A DNA stretch of 64,000 bases from Patellaria atrata CBS 101060 (Eukaryota), in the NCBI GenBank assembly GCA_010093705.1, contig MU006100.1, positions 1-64,000 of the forward strand, read 5' to 3'. Shown here piece by piece: positions 14,084 to 25,838 of the stretch. Both the position numbers and the translations under genes were made by a program. Every line of letters starts with the position of its first letter. The first letter of the stretch is position 1. The notes under the pieces are model-generated. The model was not told the origin of the DNA. It made no database searches and worked only from the letters and a program-made list of their open reading frames with translations.

Positions 14084-17000
14084 TATTATAACGGAAGTCT
14101 ATATTTATCGAGATAGAACGAGATAAGTTTAGAAAAGCGTTTAACTTTTCACTTAACGTAGTTAATTATAAAGATAGGTTTAATAAAATAATAAAATATA
14201 TATAATAAAGATATTTTAAGTTAATAATATAATTTATTAACTTTTTAACTTCGGATAAAGCTTATAATAAGATAAGACGTATTATATAAAAATAATATAA
14301 TAAATAAAGTTAAGTATAAGACTATAATATTTAAATTTATAGATAAGATTAATAGTAAAAATAACTATAAAGAATCTAAATATATAAGAGAAAGATTATT
14401 TTTAAATATTTCTATTCTTTATAATTAATTTAATATACTCTTTCTACTTTAAGTGAGATTATTAAAATTATTACTTCTATTACTTTCTTTACTTTTATTC
14501 TTCTAAATAGGATTACTAAGATTATTACTTTTATTACTCCCTTTACTTCTATTCTTCTAAATAGGATTATTAGAATCACTACTTAGTCACCGTTTTAGTC
14601 ACGTGACTCGTGCACTCGTTATTCCGTCTCGATATCTTATACTACTATTCTACTAATAATACTATCTCTTTATTTTATAGCTATAATATTATCTCCCTTC
14701 TCTATAGCTTTTATCTCGAAAATACCGCGTTTAGTTATTCTTATTATAAAGTCTAGTTCTATTATTTCTATTATATTATAAGCTCTTCTTATCTCTTTCT
14801 TTTAAGATACTTAAAGTTAAGAGTTTTATAATTTATCGTCGTTATTATATTATTAAGATAAACTCTTTAAGCTTTTATATATCTTCTTTTTATTCTAATT
14901 ACCGTTCCTATAACCTTTCTTATCGTGTGGACTTAAAGACTAGTTATTATAGGGAATATCTAGTAATATACCGTAAGTGCGATCTTATAGTGATAAATAA
15001 GGATTTTATTTATACTTATAAACTTATATTCTTTCTCTATTCTTAACTTAAAGCTATTAAGAATAAGTAAGAGTTTCTTTAAACTTATATTTATCGTCTT
15101 TATAAATAACTCCGTTCTATTAAATCTTATTATAGTGAGCTCTTATCCCGGGAATATAATTCTATCGAGAAGTTAGAGATTTTAGAGTAAGAAATTAAAA
15201 AGTAATAAACTTTCTTATCTTTCTCTATATTTTCTTTATATCTTATATCGTTTTCTAGTTAATCTAATTTAGATTTCTCTACTCTTAAAAGTCTAGAATT
15301 TCTTAATTTTAGCGATAAAACTATTTAAGTTTCTAATTATAGTTTATTAAATACTTAAGTAGTTTTTATATATTATCTATATATTTATAACCTCTCTATT
15401 TTACTAAGTACTTATACTAATTATTTACTTATTATAAGTCTAAGATTTATTTTATCTCGTAAATATCTTCTTCTTCTAGTTTTATAGGTTATATTTAGAG
15501 TTTAGTATTAGTATATACTAATTCTAGAAGTAATATATAGAAAACTAGGTATATCTTTATTTCTTATAATAATTTTAACTTATAATTAACTTTTCCTTTA
15601 ATCTATTTAATTTTAAAAGGGCTAATTTTCTTATAGTTTAGTTTCTTATTAGGTTATTTTATTTTAAGATTTTTCTATAATAAGTAAACTTTATCTCTCT
15701 TTTTAAAGATTAATTCTAGTAATCTATATTAATTATTATACTTTATAGCTCTTATCATCTAGAAAGTTATATCTTATAATAGCTATTTATATAATTTCTT
15801 AATTTACTCGACTTTTAACACTACTTCTTATAAAATACTCTAAACTATTCTCGGCTCACGATATACCTTTAATTCGAAACTATAATTTATATAGAAGGGT
15901 AAAATCTTTATAATATCGGATTTCGCGCTATTATATATATATAAACTATACTATTAGTAGTAACTTTATCTAGTTATTTTATTAGTAATTTACGTAATTA
16001 CGTAAATATTATTCTAGAAATTAATTTATTCTTAAAGCGTTAATTAAATTAAAAGATATTATTATATATTTATATAATTTAAATCTTATTTTTATAGTTA
16101 TTTTCTATTCTTCGTCTTCTTTTATTTTAATTTAATAATAGCCTTCTTAAATATCGAGTTTTATAAACTATTTTACTCTTTATAATTTATCTTAAATTTC
16201 TAAGACTAAGGATAATAAATATCTATTTTTAATTATAATATTATTTAGCTATTTATAATTAATATATAATCTTAATTTACTATTCTTCTTTAATATAAAT
16301 AGAATTAGTGAAGCTATTAGACTTTTATTAAATTATATATATCTCTTTTCTAAGTTAATATAAATATATTCTTTAAATACTATATATTATTCTCGTGATA
16401 ATAGATAAATAGAATCGGGTCGTAATTTTATACTTTTCTTTAGTATTATTTTATAATTCTATATCTAGTGATTTAGAAGTATAGTCGCTATATTTTTCTT
16501 AAATAAATCTTTAAACTCGTTATACTCTTTAGATATTTTAGATTCTTTAAAAATCTTTTTAATATTTACTTTCTTAAGCTATATTACTTTTATATTTTTA
16601 AGTTTATTTCTATAAATCTTTATTATCTTATAATACGAAATATATTCTATAAATATATTAATGTTTATCTATTTAGTATATCTCGTTTATTTAACTTTAT
16701 TCTTTTATAAAATATTTCGATTAATTTAAGTACTTCTTATCTTTTAATTAATATCTAAATTTATTATTTATAACTAGTCTATTCTTAAAATTATATCTAT
16801 ATCTTCTAGATTAATTATAGAGATATATTTAATAGTTACCTTCTCTTATATATTAACTTTTATAAATATAGTCTTAAAGTTAATTAGACCTCGTCTATAT
16901 CCTATTCCTTTATTATTTTCTAATTATAGTAGGACTAAATTTTTAAATTTTATATAAAATATACTCTTCTTTTTTATCTATCGAGATAAGATAAATAAAT

Positions 17001-19714
17001 TAGTGGCGTTATTATTAACTAGCGTTATTATTCTTTTATTATATATAATAATATCTATTTAAAGCGTTTTATCGTTACTTCGTAAAGTTTTAAGGAATTT
17101 AAAAGTTATATTTCTCGATTATTCTTATTTCGAGTAACTTAATAGTTTTTTATATAATTATATACTAGATAATCGAGTTCTATATATTTAGTCTAGTATA
17201 ATCTATCGTGTTTATTATAATACGGGCCCTTATAATATTTTTTATATTCGAGCTTTCGATAATTATACTTAGTAATATATTTAAGTGTTTCTCTATTATT
17301 TTAAAGTACTTTAATCTTCTATAGAAATATTTTTTCTTTATAAAACTTTTTCTTTAAATCTTTATAATACTAATAATCCGTACTATATTTATAGTCTTTC
17401 TATATTATTACTATATATTCTATATAAATTAATATTTAATAGTATTATCTATATTTAAACTTATCTATATAATCGAAACTATTATACTTCCTATAATTAT
17501 TTACTAGTGATTTAAACTTTTAGTTTTTTTTAAGTTTTCTTATTTTATCTTTATAGATTTTATATCCTTTTATCTAGTATTCACTTTTAGGTAAATATAT
17601 ATATATAAAGTCTTAATCTTTAAACTTTATTATAACTCTCTACTATTTATAATATAAATAATTATTCTCTTTATATTATATTTATTAAAAGATTAAATAG
17701 TCTTCTATTTTTAGTATAAGATTTAACTATTATTTTTCACCGATCGTGTTAATATTAGATTTAAATTTAATTAGTTTCTAATTTTAGAGTTTTTATTTAA
17801 ACTATTATTATTATTTTATAATTTAATATATAAGGCTTAGTCTATTAAATATTTATACTTTAATTCTTTAATCTTAATTCTATATTAGATATTCTAATAT
17901 TATATATATATATATATTTCTATATACCTAATATTATTAGTTATCTAAATATTATCGGAGTATCTTCTTTTTTAACTAGTTTCCTACTATTAAAAATAGT
18001 GTCGATAATCTATTTACTTTTTTTTAATATAGTAGCGGCGTTTCTTTAATCTCTTTTTCTTCGAACGATAAAACTAGTAATAATAGTATTAAATATATAA
18101 CTCTAAGTTATATATATTAATTATATCGCGATAATAGTTATATCTTTTATAAATAGTCTCTTTTAAAATATCTTATCTCTTTATATTATAGATATATTTT
18201 ATTTATAAAATATTTTTTTCTTTTTAGATAAACTATTATTATTTCTTTAATTTCTTTTATTTTATCTATTATAATCGATTAAAATTTATTAAGTCTCTTT
18301 AATTTTATTTATTTATAATCTTTATTATCTTCTTTTTATACTTAATTATAATATTCTTCCGTTCTCTCTTTTTCTATTTATATTTATATAGCCTATTATT
18401 TATTTTAATTATTTTAATTATTATATCTTATATACTTATTAGTTTTTTATAATAAACCTATTTATCTTTTACTTCTTTTTTTAAATCTTAATAAAAGATA
18501 ATTATTAGTAATTTATTAGGCTAATTTAATATTAATATTACCTATTAAAATATAATTATATACTTTAAAGTTAACTCTTTTTATTTAAGTCTTTAAAACT
18601 TTCTTTTAACTCTTTATTATTTATCGATTTTCTTAAAGACGTTCTTAAATATTTCTTTAAACTTTAGAAACGACTTAAAAATCTTAATTATTTTATTCTT
18701 TTAGTATTCTTCGCTATTCTTAAAATAGTCTTATATAATAGATTTAAATTATTTTAAAGCGTCTTCTTTAAAGTATATTAATATATCGAGTATATATTTA
18801 TTATTATCTATTAACTTTATTCTTTTATAATAGATTCTTATTTAAATTAAGAATTCTTTTAACTTATCTCGTTTACTATTATATAGTACGGGTTCTTTAA
18901 CTTTCACGGTCTATTTCTATAATAATAATTATTATATAATAAGTTATTTAAGTTAATTCTTAAATTTTTAGATTATTTCTTTACTTTTAAATTTATTAAT
19001 ATATTTATATAACACTTAAATATATTTTTTATCTATCTTTATATTAGTTATAACTAATAATATTATATTTAAATCTATTATATATTTTCCTATTATATAA
19101 TAGTTATAATATTATAATAGAAGTCTATACTTATTAAGATAGAATTAAATAAGTTTAAAAACGTATCTAGCTTTTTATTTAATATAGTTAACTATAAAAG
19201 TAAATTTAATAAAATAATAGAATATATATAATAAAGATATTTTAAATTAATAATATAACTTATTAACTTCTTAATTTCGGGTAAAGCTTATAATAAGATA
19301 AAATATATTATATAGAAATAGTATAATAAATAAAGTTAAATATAAAACTATAATATCTAAATTTATAAATAAGATTAATAATAAGAATAATTATAAAGAA
19401 TCTAAATATATAAGGGAAAGATTATTTTTAAATATTTTTATTTTTTATAATTAATTTAATATACTTTTATTACTTTAAATAGAATTATTAAAATTATTAC
19501 TTTTATTACTTTCTTTACTTTTATTCTTCTAAATAAGATTATTAAAATTATTACTTTTATTACTCTCTTTATTTCTATTCTTCTTAGTGTAATTACTAGA
19601 ATTACTACTTAATTATCGTTTTAATTATATAACTTATATACTTATTATTCTATTCTAATATCTTATATTATTATTCTATTAATAATACTATCTCTTTATT
19701 TTATAATTATAATA
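14084..19714 (-). mobile_element. Family A copy 2: two 605-bp LTRs (14084-14688, 19110-19714), 5-bp TSD AAATC, internally deleted
   Basis: LTRs align end to end. AAATC occurs at 14079-14083 and 19715-19719. PPT (minus strand GAGAAGGGAGATAA) at 14689-14702. Internal sequence is collinear with copy 1 except for a ~1.67-kb deletion at ~16032, a smaller deletion near 17265 and a ~1-kb insertion. Confidence 0.92.
17755..18749. mobile_element. Unclassified ~1-kb RIP-decayed insertion within gag of copy 2
   Basis: Absent from copy 1, where the flanks are contiguous at ~5398. A more decayed partial copy lies at ~20110-20550. Confidence 0.7.
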
Positions 19715-21099
19715 AAATCTTTATTATTTTATAAATTTATTAATTTTTATTTATAATATTTATTTTATTATTATAATTTAAATTTTCTTTAAAATCTTTT
19801 AATTAAATTAAATAATTTTTTTTAATTAATATCTAAATTTATTATTTATAATTTATTTATTTATAAAATTATATCTTTATTTTTAAGATTAATTATAAAT
19901 TTTTAAGAATTATAAAAGTTATATTTTTTAATTATTTCTATTTTAAATAATTTAATAGTTTTTTATATAATAGAAAATTAAGTTTTATATATATAATTTG
20001 ATATAATTTATTATATTTATTATAATATAAATTTTTATAATATTTTTTATATTTTAATTCTTAATATTCTTATTTAATAATTATATTATAATTTAAATTA
20101 CTTTTGAATTTTATTATTAAAAATAATATTAATAATTTATTTATCTTTATTTAATATAATAATAATATATTTTTAATCTTTTTTTCTTTAAATAATAAGA
20201 CTAATAATAATAATATAAAATATAATTTTAAGTAATATATATTAATTATATTATAATAATAATTATATTTTTTATAAATAATTTCTTTTAAAATATTTTA
20301 CTTTTTTATATTATAAATATATTTTATTTATAAAATTTTTTTTCTTTTTAAATATATTATTATTATTTATTTTAACTTTTTTTATTTTATTTATTATAAT
20401 TAATTAAAATTTATTAAATCTTTTTAATTTTATTTATTTATAATTTTTATTATTTTCTTTTTATATTTAATTATAATATTTTTTTATTTTTTCTTTTTTT
20501 ATTTATATTTATATAATTTATTATTTATTTTAATTATTTTAATTATTATTATTATAATTATAAATTAAAAAATATATAAATATTAAATAAAGGAAAAAAG
20601 AAATATTATTTAAAAAAATTATAAATAATAATAAATAATAATAAATTATATAATTTAAAAATTTAAATATATAAATATTTTAATTATAAGAAATATTTAA
20701 ATAATTAAATAACTAAAATAATTAAAAAAAATTATATAACTTAAATATATAAATATATAAATATTTTAATTATAAAAAATAATTAAAATAATTAAATAAT
20801 TAAAATAATTAAAATATAAATATATTAAATTAATTATAAAGAATAAAAATAATTAAAATATAAATATATTAAATTAATTATAAAAAATAAAAATATTTAA
20901 AAATAATTTTTCTTTTATATATTTAAATTCTTTATAATTTAAATATTTTTCTTTTTATTTATTTATATAAATATTATTAATTATAATAAAATATATTATT
21001 ATAAAAAAAAATTATTATAATTTTTTATTTATAATAATATAATATAAAATATTATTAAATATTATATATTATTAAATATTATAAAATTTTTTAATAATT

Positions 21100-22450
21100 A
21101 TTATTTTTATTATAATATAAAATATTTTAATAATAATAAAATAATAAAATTAAATAAAAAAATTAAATAAAGTTTATATTTTAAACTTATAAGAAAAATT
21201 AATTTTAAAGTTAATAATATATTATTTTTATATATAATATATATTTATAAAAGCTTTAATAAAAATATAATTAAATTTTTATTTAAATTAATTATTAAAT
21301 TAATTATTAAAAGTTTATTATAATTAAAAAATAAATAATTATTTAATATATTTTTAATTTTAATTTATAAGAATTTATATTTTAATTATATAAAATAGTA
21401 AATATAATAGATAAACTATTAAATATATAAAATAAAAAGTAAATAAATAAGAATTAATTTAAAAAATTTATAATATATTTAAATAAATTAAAAATAATCT
21501 TTAATTAAATAAAATATTATTAAAAAAAATTTTAAAAATTTTAAAATAATTAATATATAATTTAAATTTATTAAAAAGATAAAAATTAAATATAATATTT
21601 ATAATAATAATATTTATAATTTCGATAAAATTAATTTTTAAAAAAATATAATTAAATTAATAAAAATTATTATAAATATAAAAAAATTTATAAAATTTAT
21701 AAAATTTAACTAAATAATTAAAAATAAATTATAATTATTTAAAATATTTATATTATAAAGTATATAATTTTATTCTTTATTATTTATAAAGACTATATTT
21801 ATATTTTTATATAATATAAAAAGATAAATATATTATATAATTAAAAGATTTTAATTTTTTAAAATAGTTAAATAAATAATATACTTAATTTTAAATAATT
21901 AAAATATTTTAATATATATATAAAGATATATATAATAAAGATATATTAATTATTTATTTTTAATAATTATAAAAATTATCTTAATTAGAATTTTAAGAAT
22001 TATTATTTAAAAAATAAAAATAAAAATCTTTATATATTTTCTTATTTATTATATATATTTTAATTCTTTAATATAATTTACTTTTTATTATTAAAGTATA
22101 AATACTTTTAATATATTTATAAAGAAGAATTATTATAAAATTTTTAAAATATTAAATTTTATCTTTATTAATATATAAATAATATTAAATTATTTTAAAA
22201 TATATTTATATATTTTATTAAAATCTTTATTATTATAAATATTATAATAATTAAAGATTTTAAATAATATATTTAAACTAAAATTATAATTAAAATTTAT
22301 ATAAAATTTTATTATTAAATTATTTATTATAATTTAATTTAAATTTATATAATTTATAAAAAAAACTAAATTAATAATATATAAAAAATATATTTATAAA
22401 TATTTATATTATTAAGTTTAAAAAGTAATTAATAATAATAATTAAAAGAA
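21100..22450 (+). mobile_element. Extremely decayed gypsy pol remnant
   Basis: ~21985-22010 (agaattttaagaattattattt) resembles the integrase RISRNYYF segment of copy 1. Little else is recognisable. Confidence 0.35.
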
Positions 22451-23379
22451 AAATATATAAATAAAAATAAATTTAATATAATAATATAATAAAATATAAT
22501 AAAATATTAATAAAAATAATTATTAAAGTATTTATTATATTTTAATAATTAAAGAAAATTTAAAATAATAATAATTATAAAATATTATAAAAATTATAAA
22601 AAAATTAAATATAATACTTAAATATATAAAAAAATTTTAAAAGAAACTTTTAAATTTAATATAAATATAAATTATATAGATTTTTTATTTAATAATAATT
22701 TATTTAATATTTTTTATAATAAATTATTTATATTAAGAAATTTTATAATATTTAATAATACTTTATATTATAATAAAAATATAAATTTTTATTAATTTTA
22801 TTTATAATTTTTTAATTTTTTAATTATATATATAATATTCTTTTTTTTTATAATTTATTATTATAATTTTAAAATTCTTTAAATAATATTTATTTTAAAA
22901 AAATAAAAGATAAAAAATTTTATTAAAAAATTTTAAAAATTTAATATATTTAAAAAATTAATAGAAAAATTTATTATTACTTTTAATATTATTAAATAAA
23001 TTTTCTTTTAACTTTTTAATTAAAAATTTAATTATAATTTAAATATATTAAATTTTTAATCTTTTTTAATAATAAAATTTTTTAATAAATTAAAAAGTTT
23101 TTATATTATTTTTTTTTAAATCTTTTTAAATTTTTTCGATAATATAATAATTTAAATAAATAAATTAATAATAATAAAATAGTTTATATTAATTAAAAAT
23201 AAAATAATTAATATATAATAAATTTAAAAGTTTTAAAGATTTTATTTAAAAAATTTATAGTTAAAATTTAAATAAAAAGTATTATATAATTAATATTTTA
23301 ATTTATTACTCTTTACTATATTATTTAAAATAATATATATAATACTATTTTTCTTAGAAAAAAAAGAATCTATAACTAT

Positions 23380-23489
23380 AATATAGATCTAGATTTCCTG
23401 GATTTTTTAAGGATCGAATCTAAATCCACGTTAAATCGCGTTGAAAATCCAGTCCAGATCCAGCTGAATCCAATCCACGGCCATCACTG
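23380..23489. mobile_element. Probable hAT-like DNA transposon terminus
   Basis: The minus strand begins CAGTGATGGCC at 23489, followed by many short subterminal GGAT(T/C) motifs. The flanking 8-mer TTTAAAAT fits the nTnnnnAn hAT target preference. Confidence 0.5.
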
Positions 23490-23641
23490 TTTAAAATCAA
23501 CAGTACCCATGGTCGCCAGTAGCACCAATACTCCAACAGCGCCACCATCTAACAATACTTAACTTATAAGTCGGAGCCGAGCAATTAGCTCTGAAAATCT
23601 CCAACATAAGGCTATCGGAGATCAGCCGTCTGACATTATTT

Positions 23642-23952
23642 GACTTTCGCGGTTCTCTTCTGTGGTGATAACAATTGTACGGTAAGTTGTTCGAGCTGGT
23701 CCTAAGTTCTTGGACTGTTCCTTCACTTTCAAGTTCGCCGATACGTTTGTACAACGCTTGGATATGTTCCTTATCCGTCTTCGTGTTGGCTGCGGCTGAC
23801 GACATCGTGTTTCGGTCTGTTATACGCTTTCCTACTGCGTGGTAGTTATAATGTTACAACGGGAGTCTATACTTATCGAGACAGAATAGGATAAGTCTAG
23901 AAACGCGCCTGGCTTCTCACTTAACGTGGTCAACCACTAGGGTAGGTTTAAT
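23642..23952 (-). mobile_element. Near-unmutated family A fragment: LTR end (23852-23952), PBS region and gag N-terminus (ATG 23805)
   Basis: TGTTACAACGGGAGTCTATACTTATCGAG... aligns to the RIP-mutated LTR ends at 14084 and 19110. 23642-23851 aligns to 18898-19109 mostly by C/T and G/A transitions. Confidence 0.9.
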
Positions 23953-24116
23953 TATTCCTCCGCTTCCATCCAATCAAAGACCTTAGATTTCGAGAGTTGT
24001 TCCGACATCATTTGTTGAAGTATGGGTCCCCTGTTAGACTGAAGATCTTGGTGGAAAGGATAATCAAGTATATCTCCTACTGCCTTACGCTAGTTATTAG
24101 CATCATTCCTTTAACA

Positions 24117-24596
24117 CAGCTGCCTAGTAGGTATCAACGCTGTTGCCTGCATGTTCTTGGTGGAATTGAGGGTCACGCAAGGTGGCTGGATATCAGATGG
24201 CTGGATATCAGATGGTTGGGGACCAGGATAAGTGAGATGGTTAAGCAGGCAATACTATAAGATAGCACAGGCACCCACTCCAGATAGTNNNNNNNNNNNN
24301 NNNNNNNNNNNNNNNNNNNNNNNNNNNNNNNNNNNNNNNNNNNNNNNNNNNNNNNNNNNNNNNNNNNNNNNNNNNNNNNNNNNNNNNNCAGATGGCTGGA
24401 TATCAGATGGTTGGGGACCAGGATAAGTGAGATGGTTAAGCAGGCAATACTATAAGATAGCACAGGCACCCACTCCAGATAGTTGACAATCAATGAACAC
24501 TCTTACCCTTCTATCTACTACCTTAGCTCATACCTGTGTGGATTTAATCAGTTCTCAGTTGCCTAGTAGGTATAAACGCTGTTACCTGCATGTTCT
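24117..24596. repeat. Small repeat unit bounded by 41-bp direct repeats, containing 15-bp tandem repeats and a 100-N gap
   Basis: 24117-24157 and 24556-24596 differ at 3 positions. GATGGCTGGATATCA-type tandem units lie at 24181-24215. About 95 bp is duplicated either side of gap 24289-24388. Confidence 0.7.
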
Positions 24597-24962
24597 CATG
24601 TATTTAAACGCTCTTTAGAACAGTCATTCAACAAGGGAGCGATTATCTTGATCATTTTCAGCACCCTTACGTCTGACATCATTCTTTTCTCCATCAAGTT
24701 CATATGGTAACATCACTGTCACTACGAATGCGCAACCTCCCAACCGTTTGGATGTTGGTATAGCAATTGACAGTGTTCAACTGAGTCAACGTCTTCGCAA
24801 GAACACAGCCTTTACGACCGTATGATGGTGTATAAAGAGGACTGTTCTACGCCTGGGAGATGGCTGGAACTGCAGAAAACACACGATATCTTCTCCAAGA
24901 GATAATTCAAATACAACCCTCTAGATAAGAACATCTTCCTAGTAGCATCGAGGACATTCATT

Positions 24963-25838
24963 ATGTCGTATGAGAAGCCAACTCTAGCCATCTTCGGATC
25001 CACCGGTGTTTGCGCCTCACAAGCACTGGCTTTGGCATTGAGAGACGGATACACAGTTACAGCTCGTAAGTCCCACCGAACTGAGATGGGAGATTACCCG
25101 ATCAGATGATAGCCGGAATGGATACTGATCTCCTGGTCAATAGTCGTCCGGACGCCTGAGAGGCTTCGCAAGCTCCTATCCGAAACCCACAGCATCGACT
25201 CCAGTTTGGTAGACAGAAATCTCATCATTGTTCAAGGAAACGTCAAAACCATCGCTGATATGAAGAAAACACTTGTCATCAATAACCGCATGGTTGACTT
25301 GATCGTCTGCGGAATTGGAGGCGCACCACAGTTCCAAATGAACCTCAAAACCCCGTTTACTCTTGACGATCCGCAAATCTGCGAAAGTGCCATAAAGACT
25401 CTACTCGAAGCCATCAAAGAACTTAGCGCCGATCGCTCCATTACAGGCACCAAGAAACCCGCTATCACCGTCATCTCCACCACGGGCCTTTCTAAAACCA
25501 GAGACGTACCTCTTGTATTGTATCCTCTATACTATTGGACTCTTACCGTACTTCATATAGACAAGAAGATTATGGAAGATTTGGTTATCGATGCTGCTTC
25601 GGCTAACGAGATATCTAATTTCACCATTGTACGGCCAACACTTTTGACTAAAGGGAGAGCGAAAGGCTTGGATAACGTTAAGCAAGAGTGGGAGTTGCTG
25701 AATGGAGAAAAGGGGGATGGGCCAGGACCTACTATGGGATACTCTATCTCCAGATCGGATGTCGGGACCTGGATCTTTGAGAAAGCGATCAAGGAGATTC
25801 AGGTATGGGGTGATAGGTGTGTCAGTTTAGCATACTGA
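24963..25838 (+). CDS. NAD(P)-binding Rossmann-fold oxidoreductase (flavin reductase / AvfA-AflX-like)
   Basis: Exons 24963-25065 and 25144-25838. N-terminal LAIFGSTG...VTALVRTPERL; later FTIVRPTLLT and GYSISRSDVG motifs. Confidence 0.85.

Larger units (their letters stand above)
10285..20100 (-). mobile_element. Heavily decayed family A copy 3, interrupted by copy 2 (14084-19714) and other inserts
   Basis: 10285-10650 matches the LTR at 14280-14688. 11150-14083 is collinear, with gaps, to copy 1 positions ~1080-4145. The sequence resumes at 19715 at the same copy 1 position (aaatctttattatttt). Confidence 0.75.
1..23400. repeat. AT-rich block of nested RIP-degraded transposon relics
   Basis: Very high A+T, TpA excess and near absence of CpA/TpG. 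Retroelement motifs are disrupted by TGG->TAG/TAA and CAA->TAA stops. Composition switches abruptly to normal at ~23,390. Confidence 0.95.

Noticed and set aside
300..23400. AT-rich block as mitochondrial insertion or alternative-code DNA
   Set aside because: Recognisable gypsy motifs, LTRs and a directional transition pattern explain it as RIP.
24194..24484. ~95-bp duplication and ORFs spanning the N gap
   Set aside because: Identical sequence on both sides of a 100-N gap is typical of an unmerged contig overlap; ORFs containing X runs are artefacts.
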